Positions 8,017 to 18,047 are shown, counted from the first letter of the stretch. The stretch: DNA of 64,000 nucleotides from an uncultured virus (IMG/VR IMGVR_UViG_3300028187_000002) (IMGVR_UViG_3300028187_000002); one strand, 5' to 3'. Numbers and translations are program-made. Notes: generated from the letters alone by a model not told the origin.

Positions 8017-8675
8017 TAACATCAAGCATTTGCGTGGCGCAGGACAGGGCTTATGCACTGCCTGATACAGCAGAGGCAGCACTAGTGCCTAGGCATTCCA
8101 GCAGTCCGTGGGGCAGCACTAGGACGCCTAGCGTCCCCAGAACCCGTGGGGCAGTCTTAGATAGTAATCGACGTTCGTATATCAGATACTCTCTTCACCA
8201 CCAATTACCCCACCACCAACCTTTCGTACTAAATAGATATAATAACTGCTAATTCTCTATAAGGTTCATCTTTTACCTATGTTCATCTTCCTTCCTCTTT
8301 TTCTTTTTGTGCCTTCAACTCCTACAAATATCAACTGTACACATTTTGGTACTGTATGTTTTCTCTCTCTGTTTCATCTATGGTCTCGTTTTCATCGTAC
8401 GTAGTGTAGGCTTTCGCACTTAAATTTTTTATAAGAGTTTAAAGATATAAATACTTAAAAGAGACTTTAAATATACTCTTTTTTAAATTAAAAAATAAAT
8501 ACTTAAAAGCTTTAAATTACGTACGAAGTACGTAAAGAAAAAAGCTAGCGAGCCATAGGAACGTCCCACCTGCAAGAGACATGTTATAGGATGATGGAGC
8601 ACCTTCTAACAGTTTTGTAGGAAGGAGAAGATTTGGGACTTGTTCCCTTCTTTTAGAGCAAAGGGGGTTGTGAGC

Positions 8676-9803
8676 ATGGGAGTGTTCAGTAACGAATTGG
8701 TACAAAAATTGAGAAGCAAATACTTAGAAATCTGTAGCCATAAGGAGTTGTTGAAAGAGATAACTGGTGTATCAGAATTCAAAGAGGCTGAGAAGGCTAT
8801 TAAATGGGAGCTAACTAAAGCTAAAGAGCAAATGGCTGAGTTAATGGATAAGGCTCTAAGAACTATGAAGCTAGCTACTAATGTAGAGAGGTTGTGGGAT
8901 GATTGGTACGTTGTACGTCATGTTAGACCTGGAGGTGAGACAGCTCTAGAGTTAAAGTGTCTAATACCAGGTGAAACCCTAAGACTTCGTAGAGATGGTA
9001 GGAATGATAGAGAGTTAACTAGAGCTGATTTGGATATGTATCTTCCAGCAATGGAGAATACCTTCAGTAAGCATTTGTGGCAAGATGAGGTAAAGCTAGA
9101 GGTTACTAGATTGTACCCTATCTATGCTATAGAGAAGCCTAAAGCTGAAGAGGTGAAGCCTAAAGGTATAGTAACCCCTGATGGTCATGTGGTAGCATAT
9201 GAACCTAAAGAGCTAGAGGTAATAGAGCCTAAGCAAGATAACAGTGTAACAGTTCATGCTGGTGGTAGGTTCGTACAACGTAAGCTATTACTACATGTTA
9301 CATCGTTAGAGAAGGCTCAAAAGCATTTCCTACAGAATGTATCTGAAATCAAGCCAATGATTCTAGAAGCGTTCAATGCTCCTACTACAGAGCTACTGTT
9401 TGAAGATGAGGAAGGTATTGCGTACTACTTTGATGCTGATAACTTTGTTTACCTTTGGGGTAAAGCTGACGGTAGAATCATTACTTACTATGAAGAGGAC
9501 TTTGGCTTTGCCAAGCATATCAACCGTAACATTGTAATACAACAGGTAGAAGAGTTGAAGAATGCCTTTGAGTATTACAAACAACTTCAGGTAGACAATG
9601 CTAATGAGCATGAGAGTGCTAAGTCATCCCTAGACTTGCTAGAAGATGAGGAAGCATTACTATTAGCTAAGTTAGAGGCTATCAAGGCTCATAAGAAAGA
9701 GATTACTGCATCTCTAGACCTATCAGACAAGACTCTTGCTAGTCATAAGAAAGAGTATGAAGCTGAACGTAATAAGCTATTCCGTAAATCTAAAACGAAC
9801 TAG
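8676..9803 (+). CDS. hypothetical protein with C-terminal coiled coil
   Basis: long ORF; AGGGGG SD before ATG 8676. Confidence 0.8.
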   Translation: MGVFSNELVQKLRSKYLEICSHKELLKEITGVSEFKEAEKAIKWELTKAKEQMAELMDKALRTMKLATNVERLWDDWYVVRHVRPGGETALELKCLIPGETLRLRRDGRNDRELTRADLDMYLPAMENTFSKHLWQDEVKLEVTRLYPIYAIEKPKAEEVKPKGIVTPDGHVVAYEPKELEVIEPKQDNSVTVHAGGRFVQRKLLLHVTSLEKAQKHFLQNVSEIKPMILEAFNAPTTELLFEDEEGIAYYFDADNFVYLWGKADGRIITYYEEDFGFAKHINRNIVIQQVEELKNAFEYYKQLQVDNANEHESAKSSLDLLEDEEALLLAKLEAIKAHKKEITASLDLSDKTLASHKKEYEAERNKLFRKSKTN

Positions 9804-9814
9804 GAGGAGATACA

Positions 9815-10360
9815 ATGGCAGGCTATACGTTAGAGAGTTGTAAGGATTGCATACATGAAAAGGTGTGTAAGTTCATTGATGTATTCGAGGAGATGAAGGC
9901 TAAGAATATCCCAGTGGACTACGATGACCCAGAACTTTGTACATTGTTTGAAGCTAGTGGTGGAGATGGTACTCCAACTGGAGACTTCCTAACAGGCTTG
10001 TTGAAGAATAACCCAGACGTACAGGTAATGTATATGGATGACTTCCTTGGTAAGAGTACTAAGGAAGCTAATGATAAGGCTGTTCGTAATCACCTCAATA
10101 AGACAGACCCAGACCTAGCTATTAAACAGATGAACGAGCAATTGTTGTTGGCTGTACGTGACTATCAGGTGAAAGAGGGTGTAGACCCTGATATGGTTAA
10201 GTTCAACCCAGAGACCTTAGAGATGGTAGGGCTTGAGCCAACAGGCATTTACTCTGTACCAGGCTTTGGGGATTTAGATGTAGAGTATGATGATGACATG
10301 GAGCTAGGCATGTTCTGGCTAGGGCATACTGAAGAAGATGATGAGGAAGATGGAGACTAA
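9815..10360 (+). CDS. hypothetical protein (N-terminal CxxCxHxxxC, acidic tail)
   Basis: AGGAGG SD. Confidence 0.75.
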   Translation: MAGYTLESCKDCIHEKVCKFIDVFEEMKAKNIPVDYDDPELCTLFEASGGDGTPTGDFLTGLLKNNPDVQVMYMDDFLGKSTKEANDKAVRNHLNKTDPDLAIKQMNEQLLLAVRDYQVKEGVDPDMVKFNPETLEMVGLEPTGIYSVPGFGDLDVEYDDDMELGMFWLGHTEEDDEEDGD

Positions 10361-10380
10361 TAGAATAACTGGTATAACAG

Positions 10381-10410
10381 GCGTGTATCATTGATACACG
10401 TCTTTTTTGT
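10381..10410 (+). terminator. intrinsic terminator
   Basis: CGTGTATCA/TGATACACG stem plus T-run. Confidence 0.6.
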
Positions 10411-10436
10411 ATTTTTTCAAAGAAAGGAGGGATACC

Positions 10437-10826
10437 ATGAAACGTCCAACACTGGTATCAAGCTTATCAGCGTCCTTCCGCAAAGCTACCTTACCTGAGA
10501 GTGTAGAGGAGTCTAAGCAAGAGCATAGGATGACAGTCAGAAACCTGATTGATACCTATTTTGAAGACTTGGCTCAAGGCAAGGTAGAAGGGATTAGGAA
10601 CGCTAAAGAGTTAGCTGAGATTATTAAGCTAGACCTACTTCTTATGGGTGATGTGACTGAGCGTACTGAACAGCTTAGTGACCTAGATGAGGTTAAGATT
10701 AATAAGGTGGCTGAACTTATTGACCTTGAAGACCCTGCTATCAGTGGCTTACTTGCTGATATGATGAAGGAGCTTAACAAGGCTAATGACGATGCCGATA
10801 TGTCGGTGGCTAAGAAGGGGGTGTAG
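10437..10826 (+). CDS. terS: probable terminase small subunit
   Basis: small helical protein directly upstream of TerL; AGGAGG SD. Confidence 0.55.
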   Translation: MKRPTLVSSLSASFRKATLPESVEESKQEHRMTVRNLIDTYFEDLAQGKVEGIRNAKELAEIIKLDLLLMGDVTERTEQLSDLDEVKINKVAELIDLEDPAISGLLADMMKELNKANDDADMSVAKKGV

Positions 10827-10856
10827 ACCCCCTTTATCTATTAAGGAGGGAGAAAG

Positions 10857-12533
10857 ATGCAAATAAGTAAAGCTCAACTGCAAGAGATGCTGATAAACAA
10901 GACACCATCTCTATACGCATTAAGACATAGATTCATCAAGGGAAACCCCCTTACATTCCATAGTACGAAGAATGCAATCAAACATAGACCTTGGCAGATA
11001 GACATCCTTAATGACCAGCATCCTGATAAGGTAGTACGTAAGTCCCGTCAGTTAGGTCTGTCAGAGATGGCTATCACAGAGTTCACATGGTTCTTGGATA
11101 CTCATCCAAATACCAAAGCCATGTATACGTTCCCACGTAAAGAGCAAATGGAGGATTTTAGTAACACTCGTATAACACCTATCTTCACTGAATCAGCTTA
11201 CTTGTCTAGTCGTCTTGACCCTAAGATGAACAACGTTCGTCTTAAAAAGCTTACTAATCAGTCGGTGTTGTTCCTACGTTCAGCATGGGGAAGCGCACTA
11301 GGTGAGGGTACCGATATTGATATGTTAGGTCTAGATGAGTATGACCGTATGAAAGATGGAGTAGAGCTAGCCTTCCGTGAGTCTATGAAGTCATCTGCTT
11401 ATGGTCTAATGAGACGTTGGAGTACCCCTACTATACCTGGTCGTGGGGTGGATTTACTATTCCAGAAGAGTGACCAGCGCTTTTATCATCACAAGTGTGA
11501 GAAGTGTGGGCATTGGCAATTTCTTACTGTTGAGGATAACATACTACAGGTCAAGGAGAATGGTATTGATATAGTAAGGGAACAGATACAGGATGGAACG
11601 TTCATGTTCATCTGTAGTAAGTGTAAGCAAGCCCTTAATCGTTGGCATCAAGGTGAGTATGTAGCAAAGCACCCAGATGTGCATGAGATACGTGGCTACC
11701 ACATCAGTCAGTTAGATGCTGTATGGATTAACGCTGATGAGATAATGCGTAACCAATTCCAGTATAAGATTAAGCAATTGTTCTATAACTACGTTATTGG
11801 TATACCTTATGCGTCTGAAGGCTTGCTTATCACTGACCAAGACATACTTGCATGTAAGAAGTATGAGGAGCCAATAGGTTACAGGGATTATTCAAAGTAT
11901 CAGAAGATTGTAGCTGGAGTAGACTGGGGTTACTTCAACTGGATGGTAGTGCTAGGGCTTACTCATGACAACCGTGTAGACCTACTAGACCTGCATTGGG
12001 TAGCTGATAACCCTAACAAACCTCTAGAGAGCGTTAACATATTCACAGCCTTACTCAAGCCATTTGACCCTGATGTTATTGTTGCCGATAATGGTTTTGG
12101 TGCTGACCGTAACAGTTACTTAATGCAACAGTTCCCTGGTAGGGTATATGCGTGTGACTGGGATACACCAAGGACTTCAATACCTCTTGTGGATGCATGG
12201 AATGACAAAGGTAGACGTGTAAGGGTTGACAAGACTACTAAGATGAAGCGTACTCTATACAACCTGAAAGCAAGGTCGATAGGTATGTTTGGTCAGTGTG
12301 AGAAGCTGGATATGTTGACTAAACATTTAAAGAACGTGAGAACCATAATGGAAGAGGAAGATGGAGAAGTGTATGAAAGGGTAACACGTGTAGGGGATGA
12401 CCACTTGGCTTGTTCATTGACATATGCGTATATAGCTCTTGACAGAATACTTGCTCTACATGAGCCTAGTACTAACCTTGATTATGACTTCATGCCTTCT
12501 GGTGGTGGAACATTTGGATACGATAGGATGTGA
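10857..12533 (+). CDS. terL: terminase large subunit
   Basis: Walker A-like VRKSRQLGLSE, Walker B LGLDEYD, STPT coupling motif, nuclease GVDWG and GDDH. Confidence 0.92.
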   Translation: MQISKAQLQEMLINKTPSLYALRHRFIKGNPLTFHSTKNAIKHRPWQIDILNDQHPDKVVRKSRQLGLSEMAITEFTWFLDTHPNTKAMYTFPRKEQMEDFSNTRITPIFTESAYLSSRLDPKMNNVRLKKLTNQSVLFLRSAWGSALGEGTDIDMLGLDEYDRMKDGVELAFRESMKSSAYGLMRRWSTPTIPGRGVDLLFQKSDQRFYHHKCEKCGHWQFLTVEDNILQVKENGIDIVREQIQDGTFMFICSKCKQALNRWHQGEYVAKHPDVHEIRGYHISQLDAVWINADEIMRNQFQYKIKQLFYNYVIGIPYASEGLLITDQDILACKKYEEPIGYRDYSKYQKIVAGVDWGYFNWMVVLGLTHDNRVDLLDLHWVADNPNKPLESVNIFTALLKPFDPDVIVADNGFGADRNSYLMQQFPGRVYACDWDTPRTSIPLVDAWNDKGRRVRVDKTTKMKRTLYNLKARSIGMFGQCEKLDMLTKHLKNVRTIMEEEDGEVYERVTRVGDDHLACSLTYAYIALDRILALHEPSTNLDYDFMPSGGGTFGYDRM

Positions 12534-12537
12534 TGAT

Positions 12538-14433
12538 ATGGAACTGTATATAAACATAAGCAAAGGGATGCACACACTCAACACTGGTAAGCTGACACGT
12601 AAGCGTGTAATGGTTAAGGGGAAGAATGGTAAGACGTTCTTCCGTATGCAATGGGTGAATCCATGGGATGCCAGTACTGGTCACGGTATGAGGGCAATTC
12701 ATAATGAAGACCACTTGAAAGAGGCAATGAGACATGGTATCAATGAGCACCCACAGTATAAGCAATCACTAGCTGCACAAGGGATTCATAGTGAGAGAGC
12801 ACTGAAAGACAAGTTGCATAGCAAGCAACCAGTGTATCTACCTGAGACTAAGGAGTCAGCTATGGGTGGACAGTTCATAGATAACCACATCAAGCATGGT
12901 GCTAACAGGTACTTAGCTATCCATGATGGTGACTTTTTCCAGCATACTGCTATGATTAATGATGCTGGGCATACAGAGTTAGAAGCTGAGCGTATGGGTG
13001 AGCTAACAGAACAACTGCCTAGCTCATTCTTACAGACGCTTGATGAAGGCTCTACAATGGACATTGGTTGGGCTACTATGGGCATGAATGGTGCTGATAT
13101 GGAGAGAGCCAAAGAGCTAACCAAGATGACATATGGTGAGGACAGCCCACAGTACAATGCTGTTAAGAGTATGGAGCCAGACCCAGATAAGCAAGAGCTA
13201 GAGCAACCTAAAGAAGAGCCAAAACTAGAGCATGTGATAGAGCCTAAGGATGAGAAGCCTGCATATGGCACACCAGAGGACTACAACCCACGTGAGTATG
13301 ACCATGATGAGAAGATTGCTAATATGTGGGAGTGGCGTAGGGAAGCAACAGAGAAAGAGATGAAAGGGAAGAACAAAAAGGAAGCAATCACCAAGCATAT
13401 AGATTTTGATGAGTTAGAGAACATGGACGAGGATACAGTAGCTGACATGTTACAAGACAAAGACACGTACCGCAACCTGCATGACCAACACGAGAGTGCA
13501 ACAAAGCATGGGCTTAACAGTAGCCTAGACGCTGCTATAGCGTCAGCTAAGGATGTGTTTGGTGACCTATCTCCTTCTGCTATAGAGCATGTGTTCAGCT
13601 CTCCTGATGGCAAGTATACCGCTCATATAGAATCAGTCATACCTGATGTGTCTGACTTTGGGAAGGGTAGATACCATGTGGACTGGAATATGACTCTAAA
13701 GCTTAAATCTAAGGATGGCTTCAGTGCTGGTCGTGTCATACGTAAGGTTGGGCGTGACTGGGATGGCACACTACTTGTTCATAATGAACTGCTGGATGTG
13801 GAGGATGACTACCAGAACATAGGTATTGCAGGCAACCTATATGAGCGTACTGAGCAAATGTGGAAGCATATATCCAAGGGAAACAAAGTGAAGATAAGCA
13901 TATATGCTAACATTACCATAGGTGCTTATGCCTGGGCTGACAAGAGTAAAGGCTTTGACTTTGCTGACTCCTACGAGCTAGAGAATGCTAGGACAGAGCT
14001 ATGGAGCTTCATAGAGAATAACGGCTGGGATGCGAATAAAGTAATGAACGCCTGTGGGTATGACAGTGTTGATGAGCTAGAGCATGCTTGGGAGTTTGCT
14101 GAACTGGATGACGGTTACAGGTATGACCTAACACCTCATAACTTCCATGACCTCAAGGGTGAAGCCCACTTAGGCAAGGCATTCATGCTCACTAGTAAGT
14201 CCTCATGGGAAGCTGAGAAGCATATCAACCTTGATGGCAAGGCGCACCAAGAGAATATACGTGATAACAAGGTTGATGACTACCTAGCTGACACAGGGCA
14301 AGAGGATTTAAACTATGAAGACTTAGAGGACTTAGACGGCATTGATGAGGATGACGAACTACCAAGTATGTCTGGTCTATCCACATATGAACAGGTTATG
14401 TTAATGCGAGGAGGAAGGGGATTACCAGGATGA
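12538..14433 (+). CDS. putative virion cargo protein: shared leader/module plus C-terminal GNAT-like domain
   Basis: MELYINISKG...LNTGKL...RMQWVNP; motif A-like YQNIGIAG, then GAYAWA..GFDF; C-half similar to 37275-38588. Confidence 0.75.
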   Translation: MELYINISKGMHTLNTGKLTRKRVMVKGKNGKTFFRMQWVNPWDASTGHGMRAIHNEDHLKEAMRHGINEHPQYKQSLAAQGIHSERALKDKLHSKQPVYLPETKESAMGGQFIDNHIKHGANRYLAIHDGDFFQHTAMINDAGHTELEAERMGELTEQLPSSFLQTLDEGSTMDIGWATMGMNGADMERAKELTKMTYGEDSPQYNAVKSMEPDPDKQELEQPKEEPKLEHVIEPKDEKPAYGTPEDYNPREYDHDEKIANMWEWRREATEKEMKGKNKKEAITKHIDFDELENMDEDTVADMLQDKDTYRNLHDQHESATKHGLNSSLDAAIASAKDVFGDLSPSAIEHVFSSPDGKYTAHIESVIPDVSDFGKGRYHVDWNMTLKLKSKDGFSAGRVIRKVGRDWDGTLLVHNELLDVEDDYQNIGIAGNLYERTEQMWKHISKGNKVKISIYANITIGAYAWADKSKGFDFADSYELENARTELWSFIENNGWDANKVMNACGYDSVDELEHAWEFAELDDGYRYDLTPHNFHDLKGEAHLGKAFMLTSKSSWEAEKHINLDGKAHQENIRDNKVDDYLADTGQEDLNYEDLEDLDGIDEDDELPSMSGLSTYEQVMLMRGGRGLPG

Positions 14434-14594
14434 GTGATAAACTGAGACAGTTCAAGAGTGTTAAGCCTGTGCATAAGCATGAGGGCAAAGAGGGGTTAAT
14501 CAAGACTAAGGATGGCAAGACAATAAGAGATGACAGCTGGCTACACCCTAGTGCTGGAGTGAAGCCAGTGAATCCAGAGGTACGGGGTGGGTAG
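14430..14594 (+). CDS. 54-aa basic peptide coupled to the GNAT gene (MSDKLRQFKSVKPVHKHEGKEG...DDSWLHP...)
   Basis: ATGA overlap, GGAGG SD; similar to the N-terminus of 38560-41820. Confidence 0.65.
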   Translation: MSDKLRQFKSVKPVHKHEGKEGLIKTKDGKTIRDDSWLHPSAGVKPVNPEVRGG

Positions 14595-14909
14595 GCACCA
14601 CCCCCCTATTACCAAACCCCCCACCCCCTAAAGTTTTCTTTTTTGGCGTAGGTAGGAGTCCCGTTTCCTTTTGGAGTCTCACACCAGCCCCAACCCGACC
14701 ACTCTACACGCCACATCTAAACTTTTGCAATCCCCTATCTCCCCCTGTTCTTCCCATATCCCCCCGACACTCCCCAAATACACCCCCTACCCCTTTTCTA
14801 CAACCCCCACCCCCTTATTTCTCCCCTATAAAAAAGTACGTCACCTCCTTTTTCGTATAAAAGAAAACTTTTTTCTTTTGCATTCTTTTTAGTAAGGAGG
14901 GAAGAGAAC

Positions 14910-15260
14910 ATGCATACGATTCAACCACCAGAGCACACCCTATACATCAACGGTATAATCATTCCGATAGTTATACCTGGAGACATGAAGATTCAAGTGC
15001 GTAATAAGACAGTGTATTTCCAAGTATACCGATTGTACTTTCCAAAGGAGCTTATGGGAGTACTGACTAATCACGTATGGGCTGATGGATGCCTAGACGT
15101 AGACATGGGATATGAGCCTTCACCTTATGCTGGTGAAGAACCTGAGAAGCACTTTTCTAGGTTTGAAGGTAGAATAGCCATTAGTAGCTACACTGAGAAA
15201 TGGGTAGACCTAGATATGTTGGTTTTGAACAACGTATCATTTACATTACATTTATATTAG
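14910..15260 (+). CDS. tandem paralogue array, member 1
   Basis: AGGAGG SD; LYINGIIIP ... LNNVSFTL. Confidence 0.75.
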   Translation: MHTIQPPEHTLYINGIIIPIVIPGDMKIQVRNKTVYFQVYRLYFPKELMGVLTNHVWADGCLDVDMGYEPSPYAGEEPEKHFSRFEGRIAISSYTEKWVDLDMLVLNNVSFTLHLY

Positions 15261-15271
15261 GAGGAGTTAAT

Positions 15272-15622
15272 ATGGGAATTACTGTTACTGACAAGAGTAC
15301 ACTTCACATTAATGATGTGGAGATAGACCACGAGGGATTAAGGCTGGAAATGGCACCAAATGGAGGGGCTATCATCCATGTCAAGTCTATGACATTGCCT
15401 GAAGAAGACTGGAAACAGTTACAAGGAAGTAAGGCGAAGATAGCTGCTACACATACTAAGAAAGTGGTCACCGAGGGCAGTAGAGGAGTCTCTTCCATAG
15501 CAAACAGAGCATTTAGCGGTAAGTTAGCTTCTGTTAGCTACTACTCAAGGCACACACTAGACCACATGGATACTATAGGTGGAGTTACCCTTAGAGTAAA
15601 CCCTAGTTGGGTGGTGGAGTAA
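15272..15622 (+). CDS. tandem paralogue array, member 2
   Basis: AGGAGG SD; LHINDVEIDH. Confidence 0.75.
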   Translation: MGITVTDKSTLHINDVEIDHEGLRLEMAPNGGAIIHVKSMTLPEEDWKQLQGSKAKIAATHTKKVVTEGSRGVSSIANRAFSGKLASVSYYSRHTLDHMDTIGGVTLRVNPSWVVE

Positions 15623-15960
15623 TGCACGTAACTCACAGTGTACTAACGATTGATGGGTTAGACATTCCCCACGTAGCTGAAGAGATGCTGATAAGTGGCA
15701 AGGTATTTCATGTACAATTTGTAGGAGATGGTGGGGCTAAGGTATTTAATGACCATATAACCATCCCTACCTACATCTATGAGAGACAGGCAGAGGGATT
15801 ACCATTTAAGCTAATTCGACACTATAACTTTGGAGCTACTACTGGGGCTATTACTACACAAGGAATGCTTAGACGTATCAATTGTGAGAGTAGCCACAAT
15901 CCCACAGAGGGTAGTATTCATCTGAGTAAAGCTGTATTTAGAATAGAGGAGGCACTCTAA
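15622..15960 (+). CDS. tandem paralogue array, member 3
   Basis: TAATG coupling; LTIDGLDIPH ... HLSKAVFRI. Confidence 0.75.
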   Translation: MHVTHSVLTIDGLDIPHVAEEMLISGKVFHVQFVGDGGAKVFNDHITIPTYIYERQAEGLPFKLIRHYNFGATTGAITTQGMLRRINCESSHNPTEGSIHLSKAVFRIEEAL

Positions 15961-16325
15961 TGGAAATAACCACACTAACAATTGATGGAGTAGATATACC
16001 ACATGCACAAAAGAAGGATTTAGTACTGGGCAAGCCTTTCTACATGGAAAGAGTCAATGGGGATAGTTGGGATATCTTCACTCACTACATTACCCTACCT
16101 GCTGATATCTATGATAAGCTAAAGGACAAATTACACTTTGCCCTTATACACCATACACATGGTGTGGGTATGACTCCATACACCCTACACCAAGGCTTTA
16201 CGGAGTACTGTGCTGCGACCTCTGTAGAACGTGATGGTGATAAGGTTCATCTACGACAAGCACGATTCCGTATTGTGCCTTATCTAAGACCTTGGCAAAA
16301 AACTTATTTGGAGATGAATATATAA
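15960..16325 (+). CDS. tandem paralogue array, member 4
   Basis: TAATG coupling; LTIDGVDIPH ... HLRQARFRI. Confidence 0.75.
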   Translation: MEITTLTIDGVDIPHAQKKDLVLGKPFYMERVNGDSWDIFTHYITLPADIYDKLKDKLHFALIHHTHGVGMTPYTLHQGFTEYCAATSVERDGDKVHLRQARFRIVPYLRPWQKTYLEMNI

Positions 16326-16675
16326 TGGCTAATCAAGAAGTAGACTTATCATTCATGACAGAATTCAGAGTGGACACGGAGATAACACCAGAGACTCACC
16401 TATGGATAGCAGGTGTGGCAGTTCCTCACCAGATAGAGACACAGATAACGTCCCTATACAGAGGTACTTGCAACCTGAAGATTAAGAGAATGGTCGTCCC
16501 TACTCCAGTAATGGACTGCTTTATGCAAGCTGAGACAGTCAGCTTTAAGCTGGTTAGTGCTCATGGCAAGCACGTTCTAGAGGGGGATTGTTGCTTAGAC
16601 ACCTGTGTGGAAGGTGGCAGTAGCGACCACTTTAGAGCTTTAGAGAACGTAGTACTAACAATCAGACCCAAATGA
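16325..16675 (+). CDS. tandem paralogue array, member 5
   Basis: TAATG coupling; LWIAGVAVPH ... LENVVLTI. Confidence 0.7.
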   Translation: MANQEVDLSFMTEFRVDTEITPETHLWIAGVAVPHQIETQITSLYRGTCNLKIKRMVVPTPVMDCFMQAETVSFKLVSAHGKHVLEGDCCLDTCVEGGSSDHFRALENVVLTIRPK

Positions 16676-16838
16676 TACGAGGGAGAGGACTTTTGGTTCT
16701 CTCCTTCTTTTAATGTGAAGGGAGGGGGAGACGATGAAGCATGACAAACCAGAAGGTCTGCTAGAGGAAGTGTGCATGATACTCTCAATCATAATTATCT
16801 GCACAATACTATGGACTATGTCGTAAGGAGGAAAAATA

Positions 16839-17144
16839 ATGAGTAAGTATAAGGGTGCACACCCTTGCCTGTATTGGCACTTAAAACCAGGGTATTTCAT
16901 GTTCTGCACTACTGGTGAAAGAAAGTGGGTTAAACTGTTTGGGATACCCTTAATTAAGCTAAGAAAGTGGGAGATGTTCGAGGTACTGGATGTGTCAGAT
17001 AGACGTGATGGCATGATAACAGTACATGTTAAAGGTACTGAATCTGGTATGGAAATGAAGTTTACTCGTCGTAGTACAGCAGAGACAAGCTATTATGTAG
17101 TAGAGAGCACGGAAATCATTAAGAAAGGTGTGATTGATGTATGA
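16839..17144 (+). CDS. hypothetical protein
   Basis: AAGGAGG SD. Confidence 0.7.
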   Translation: MSKYKGAHPCLYWHLKPGYFMFCTTGERKWVKLFGIPLIKLRKWEMFEVLDVSDRRDGMITVHVKGTESGMEMKFTRRSTAETSYYVVESTEIIKKGVIDV

Positions 17145-17389
17145 AGAAGACATTGTTGTTGGTAGGTTGTGTAATGGTACTGGGGGCTTGTGACCCACCT
17201 AAACCTCCTGAGTATAAGGAGACCCCACAAGGATTTAAACCTATTGGTCAATATGAGGAGTCCCCATACAGAACAATTAAGCTAGAAGACAAGGAAACAA
17301 CTTGCAGATACTTAATAACTGATGATGGTTATATTACTCCTGATTTAGTACAACCTGCTAAGTGCAAAGGATTGATGAAAGGTGAGTAG
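17141..17389 (+). CDS. small lipoprotein (DUF6440-like)
   Basis: lipobox LGAC; EDKETTCRYLI. Confidence 0.7.
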   Translation: MKKTLLLVGCVMVLGACDPPKPPEYKETPQGFKPIGQYEESPYRTIKLEDKETTCRYLITDDGYITPDLVQPAKCKGLMKGE

Positions 17390-17627
17390 GATTATGATGC
17401 CATTCTTTGGTAATGTTGGGGATAATGGTGAGGACAGAAAGCCTAGTAAACCGAGGGAGGTTAGGAATATGACAGAGAAAGAGTTTAGAGTAGCAGTATT
17501 AAAAGGTCTTGTGGCAATCGAACATGCAGTCCGTACTCAAAGAAGACACTACTGGGCTAGTGACATGGAAATGTATGTGCGTCAGGCACAGTCTATGGTA
17601 GAGAAGGAGGAAAAGAAGAGTGAATAG
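17382..17627 (+). CDS. hypothetical protein
   Basis: ORF packed in operon. Confidence 0.6.
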   Translation: MSRIMMPFFGNVGDNGEDRKPSKPREVRNMTEKEFRVAVLKGLVAIEHAVRTQRRHYWASDMEMYVRQAQSMVEKEEKKSE

Positions 17628-17757
17628 TATTCTAACCATAGGTTCCATAACAATAATTCTACTATGTGTACTAATTGTGGTTGCTCTACTATGTTATGAT
17701 GGGTACAAGTGGATTAAAGCTAAAAGAAGGAGGAAGAAGCATGAAAAAAAGCCGTAA
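17620..17757 (+). CDS. 45-aa single-TM membrane protein, not in the ORF track
   Basis: GTG after AAGGAGG; hydrophobic stretch then basic tail. Confidence 0.55.
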   Translation: MNSILTIGSITIILLCVLIVVALLCYDGYKWIKAKRRRKKHEKKP

Positions 17758-17759
17758 AG

Positions 17760-18047
17760 GTGTTAGAAGCTCTAATGTATGGTAATATTACCGTGAAGAT
17801 GGATGGTCATGAATTAGTGTACTCTAGAGAGCATGAAGGGGTATTCATTAAAGGTGAGAAGTTCGAGCATGGGCAACCCGTAGAGCAAGGCAAAGGTACC
17901 CCAGTGCTACTAAATGCCGACTTTGACCTTAACTATTTCATTCGTAAGTGTGAAGAGATGCCTGACCATGAGATACTGGGCATTTGTGGCAGTCTAGCAC
18001 TGACTAAGCAAGTCCATAAGAAGAGAAGGGGTGTAGGGGATGAATAA
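17760..18047 (+). CDS. hypothetical protein (true start may be ATG 17741 across an A7 run)
   Basis: ORF; see finding. Confidence 0.6.
   Translation: MLEALMYGNITVKMDGHELVYSREHEGVFIKGEKFEHGQPVEQGKGTPVLLNADFDLNYFIRKCEEMPDHEILGICGSLALTKQVHKKRRGVGDE

Noticed and set aside
10857..12533. Intron or intein in the terminase, as in some related myophages
   Set aside because: The ORF is continuous and of normal length with no intein motifs.
14671..14892. 73-aa Pro-rich ORF
   Set aside because: Artefact of the C-rich tract; TTG start with a poorly spaced SD.
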